From an uncultured delta proteobacterium (lineage in GTDB: Bacteria > Desulfobacterota > Desulfobacteria > Desulfobacterales > JAHEIW01), in the NCBI GenBank assembly GCA_963706575.1, contig CAVPNL010000001.1, forward strand, positions 160,001 through 224,000: a DNA stretch of 64,000 nucleotides, written 5' to 3'. Shown piece by piece: positions 61,488 through 64,000 of the stretch. How positions within the stretch are numbered: the stretch's first letter is position 1; every line of letters starts with the position of its first letter. The notes beneath the pieces were generated by a model. It saw only the letters and a program-made list of their open reading frames with translations. It did not search any database and was not told the DNA's origin. Position numbers and translations under genes: made by a program.

Positions 61488-63344
61488 TTAGCCTGCTCGT
61501 TTAACAATCTCGACCACCCCGCTGTCGCCGTCCACTTTGACGATATCGCCGGTTTTGATCACCGATGTGGATATCCCGGTGCCGGTAACAGACGGTACGC
61601 CATACTCACGGCAGACGATGGCGGCGTGGCTGGTCAGTCCGCCAATGTCAGTCACCGCGGCTTTGATTTTGGTAAACACGGGTGCCCAGGACGGATTGGT
61701 GGACGGGCAGACCAGGACCTCACCGGGCTGCAAATCCACAATGTCTTTGAGCCGTTTCAGCACACGGGCCGGGCCCTCGGCGAGACCGGCCGAAGAGGCG
61801 AAACCTTTGATTTCAGAAACATCCTCGCCTGCGGTTGCGTCGACACCCTTGAGCCATTCTTTCACTTTATCCGTGGTGATACCCCACAGCATAATCGTAA
61901 AAGGTTCGGCCACTTCTTCGGGCGGGACGCCCAGAGCCGGGATGGGGTTCCAGTTGCCGGCGGCTTCAAGGATTTTTTTGCGCTTTTCGGCTTTAGCTTT
62001 ATAGTAGTCTCCTCGCATGGGGATATCCACACCCAGCGCCCAGCCGGTTGACACTTCGGTCAGCAGTTGCGGAATTTCATAGCGGTTAAACATAAAGATG
62101 TCATCGACTTCGTTTAACATCCCGTTGTTAACCAGCAGTGTTCCCAATTCTCTGATCTTGGCAAACCAGATGGTGTGGAACCAGTGCTCAACCCAGAAGA
62201 GGTGATCCTCGGCGTATGTATAAATGGTTCTGACCGTGTTGTAAGCATCATCAAAGGCTTTTCGATCGTCGTCGGTTTTGATGAGTTTGCGATATTCGGC
62301 CACAATTTCATCTCTTTGTTTTTCAATCTCATCCAGTGAGCGCTCGATGTTCTCGCCGTTTTCCAGCCGTTCGACATAGCCTTTAATGTAACTGTAAGGA
62401 ATGGACGGATCGGTCAGCCAGCTGCCCTCATAATGAAACCAGCCGCTGCCGCAGGATACATAAAACCACGGGTCTTTGGCTTTCTCATACTCTGCCAGCC
62501 AATTTTTTCCATTCTCTGTGTTTTGAAGTTCGGCGACCTTGTCTTCCACCGACTTGTCACTCTTGAGAATAGCGGAAACTTCCTTGGCGGAAGCCGCCAT
62601 TTTGGAAAGGCGGCAAAGCTCTTCTTCAGGCTTGAACATGGATACATAGGCGCCGGCCACCATTTTGCCGATGGCACTTTCACTGATACCGGGAAAAAGC
62701 TTGCGGGCGACATCGGCAAACATCAGATAGGCCAGGTAGGTCAGGTTCAGCATCTCGAAATGATACTGCCAGCCCTTAAACATCTGGTTGACCAGTTTGT
62801 CAAAGGACTCAATCAAATAGTAACTGTCGTACACCCCGGTGGGCGCCGGCAGCACCTGATCCTCGGGAACATATTTCGGCAATTCGCTGGGGACCCTCAC
62901 CGCGGCCATTTCTTCGCCGAGCGCTTTAAACTTGGTCAACCATTTGTCCCAGAGTTCATTATAATGTTCAAATACATAAAATACGCGTTTTTCAAAATAC
63001 CCGGCTTTCTCACCGATGATTTCTTCCGGTGGCGGGGCGATAGCGCAGATGTACATGTAACATCCCACCATTCGTTGGGCGATTCCCTGTGCCGGTGGAA
63101 TACAGAATACGCGGGTGGTATACTGTGACAGGGAAATCTGCCAGGCTTCCTGAAAAATCAAATCCAGTGGCGGCATGGGCTCCGGGGCATGGATTTTGTC
63201 CTGATACCAGAATTGGGCCTTTTCCCAATCTGATCTGTCTTCTGAAAACAGGTGGTGGGAGGGGTACATTTCTTCCCAGCCTTCAAGTTCAGGAGGGACC
63301 TGAAACTCATGCGGGTCCGGGAATCTTCCAGATTGATCGGTCAT
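61488..63344 (-). CDS. Phenylphosphate synthase subunit A-like (phospho-His swivel domain)
   Basis: C-terminal TNPSW, GGLTSHAAIVCREYG; N-terminal GWEEMYP...DKIH.PEP. Confidence 0.85.
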   Translation of the reverse strand: MTDQSGRFPDPHEFQVPPELEGWEEMYPSHHLFSEDRSDWEKAQFWYQDKIHAPEPMPPLDLIFQEAWQISLSQYTTRVFCIPPAQGIAQRMVGCYMYICAIAPPPEEIIGEKAGYFEKRVFYVFEHYNELWDKWLTKFKALGEEMAAVRVPSELPKYVPEDQVLPAPTGVYDSYYLIESFDKLVNQMFKGWQYHFEMLNLTYLAYLMFADVARKLFPGISESAIGKMVAGAYVSMFKPEEELCRLSKMAASAKEVSAILKSDKSVEDKVAELQNTENGKNWLAEYEKAKDPWFYVSCGSGWFHYEGSWLTDPSIPYSYIKGYVERLENGENIERSLDEIEKQRDEIVAEYRKLIKTDDDRKAFDDAYNTVRTIYTYAEDHLFWVEHWFHTIWFAKIRELGTLLVNNGMLNEVDDIFMFNRYEIPQLLTEVSTGWALGVDIPMRGDYYKAKAEKRKKILEAAGNWNPIPALGVPPEEVAEPFTIMLWGITTDKVKEWLKGVDATAGEDVSEIKGFASSAGLAEGPARVLKRLKDIVDLQPGEVLVCPSTNPSWAPVFTKIKAAVTDIGGLTSHAAIVCREYGVPSVTGTGISTSVIKTGDIVKVDGDSGVVEIVKRAG

Positions 63345-63556
63345 TTTCTTCCTCCTTTCGGTGGTGGGTTAAAGATGCGTTGCGAGAAAAATGTTGCATG
63401 CAAATCATTTAATAGGCTTTCGGTCGGAGGAACTGAAACTCAGAAAGGAACTCAGAGTCAGTTGAGGTGAGAGCACAGAAGCCTGAAATTAAATAAGATT
63501 TATTTTCTATGAAGGAATTAAATAAATCTGTCAATCCAATTTAATTTATGTTATGC

Positions 63557-63571
63557 ATAACTTTTAGTTAT
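63557..63571. promoter_or_regulatory. LysR-type binding site
   Basis: ATAAC-N5-GTTAT (T-N11-A) between divergent ppsA-like and lysR genes. Confidence 0.6.
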
Positions 63572-63607
63572 GGATAAATTTGACCTATAAAAAAAAGTAA
63601 GGATGCC

Positions 63608-64000
63608 ATGTTGAATTTTAACCAGTTCCGTGTCTTTTATTATGCCGCCAAAAACTTGAATTTCACCGTTGCCGCCGGAGAGCTGTTCATTACCCAGCCG
63701 GCCGTTACCTCTCAGATCAAATCGTTCGAGGAGTTTTGCAACCTGAAGCTGTTTAAAAAAAGAGGACGCCGGATCTACCTGACAGATGAGGGCAAATCTC
63801 TTTATGTGCATGCGGCCAAAATTTTTAAATATGAAAAAGAAATCGAACACATCATTGATGATATGCGTGAACTCAAGCGCGGAATCCTCAGTTTAGGGAC
63901 GACGAAAGCTTACGCGCGTTATTTTATGCCGCTGATGATCACCACGTTTCATAAAAACTATCCCAACATTAAAATACAGCTGAACGAAGGCAGTTCACTG
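63608..64000 (+). CDS. LysR family regulator, 3'-truncated by window edge
   Basis: Hand translation MLNFNQFRVFYYAAKNLNFTVAAGELFITQPAVTSQIK...LTDEG. Confidence 0.92.
   Translation, partial: MLNFNQFRVFYYAAKNLNFTVAAGELFITQPAVTSQIKSFEEFCNLKLFKKRGRRIYLTDEGKSLYVHAAKIFKYEKEIEHIIDDMRELKRGILSLGTTKAYARYFMPLMITTFHKNYPNIKIQLNEGSSL

Overview
Window from a probable anaerobic deltaproteobacterium (Desulfobacterales-like gene content; inferred, not searched). 1-12.3 kb: putative methylated-amine/amino-acid catabolic cluster (AOR, MoaD, HcnABC-like dehydrogenase, corrinoid protein, pyrrolysine-free MttB, BKACE). 12.7-24.3 kb: an AT-rich array of unrelated, co-oriented single genes. The gaps between these genes contain more than 25 copies of a degenerate 16-19 bp inverted repeat GATA-N(8-11)-(T/A)ATC, and duplicated coding and non-coding modules mostly start or stop at these sites. 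This is the best candidate for an undescribed site-specific cassette-shuffling system. The array also holds two integron-type attC cassettes, an IS1182 inserted into one of the sites, and a MerB-like gene with two in-frame UGA codons at both catalytic Cys positions (probable double selenoprotein). 24.6-33 kb: adenine deaminase, CoA ligase, arsenic operon. 33-49.5 kb: putative IclR regulon (ABC transporter, CoA ligase, AOR, Fe-S proteins, orphan EutA, atypical radical SAM). 49.7-64 kb: phenylphosphate synthase/carboxylase-like aromatic activation cluster with UbiX/LpdD and a divergent LysR. All calls come from reading the sequence; no database search was run.
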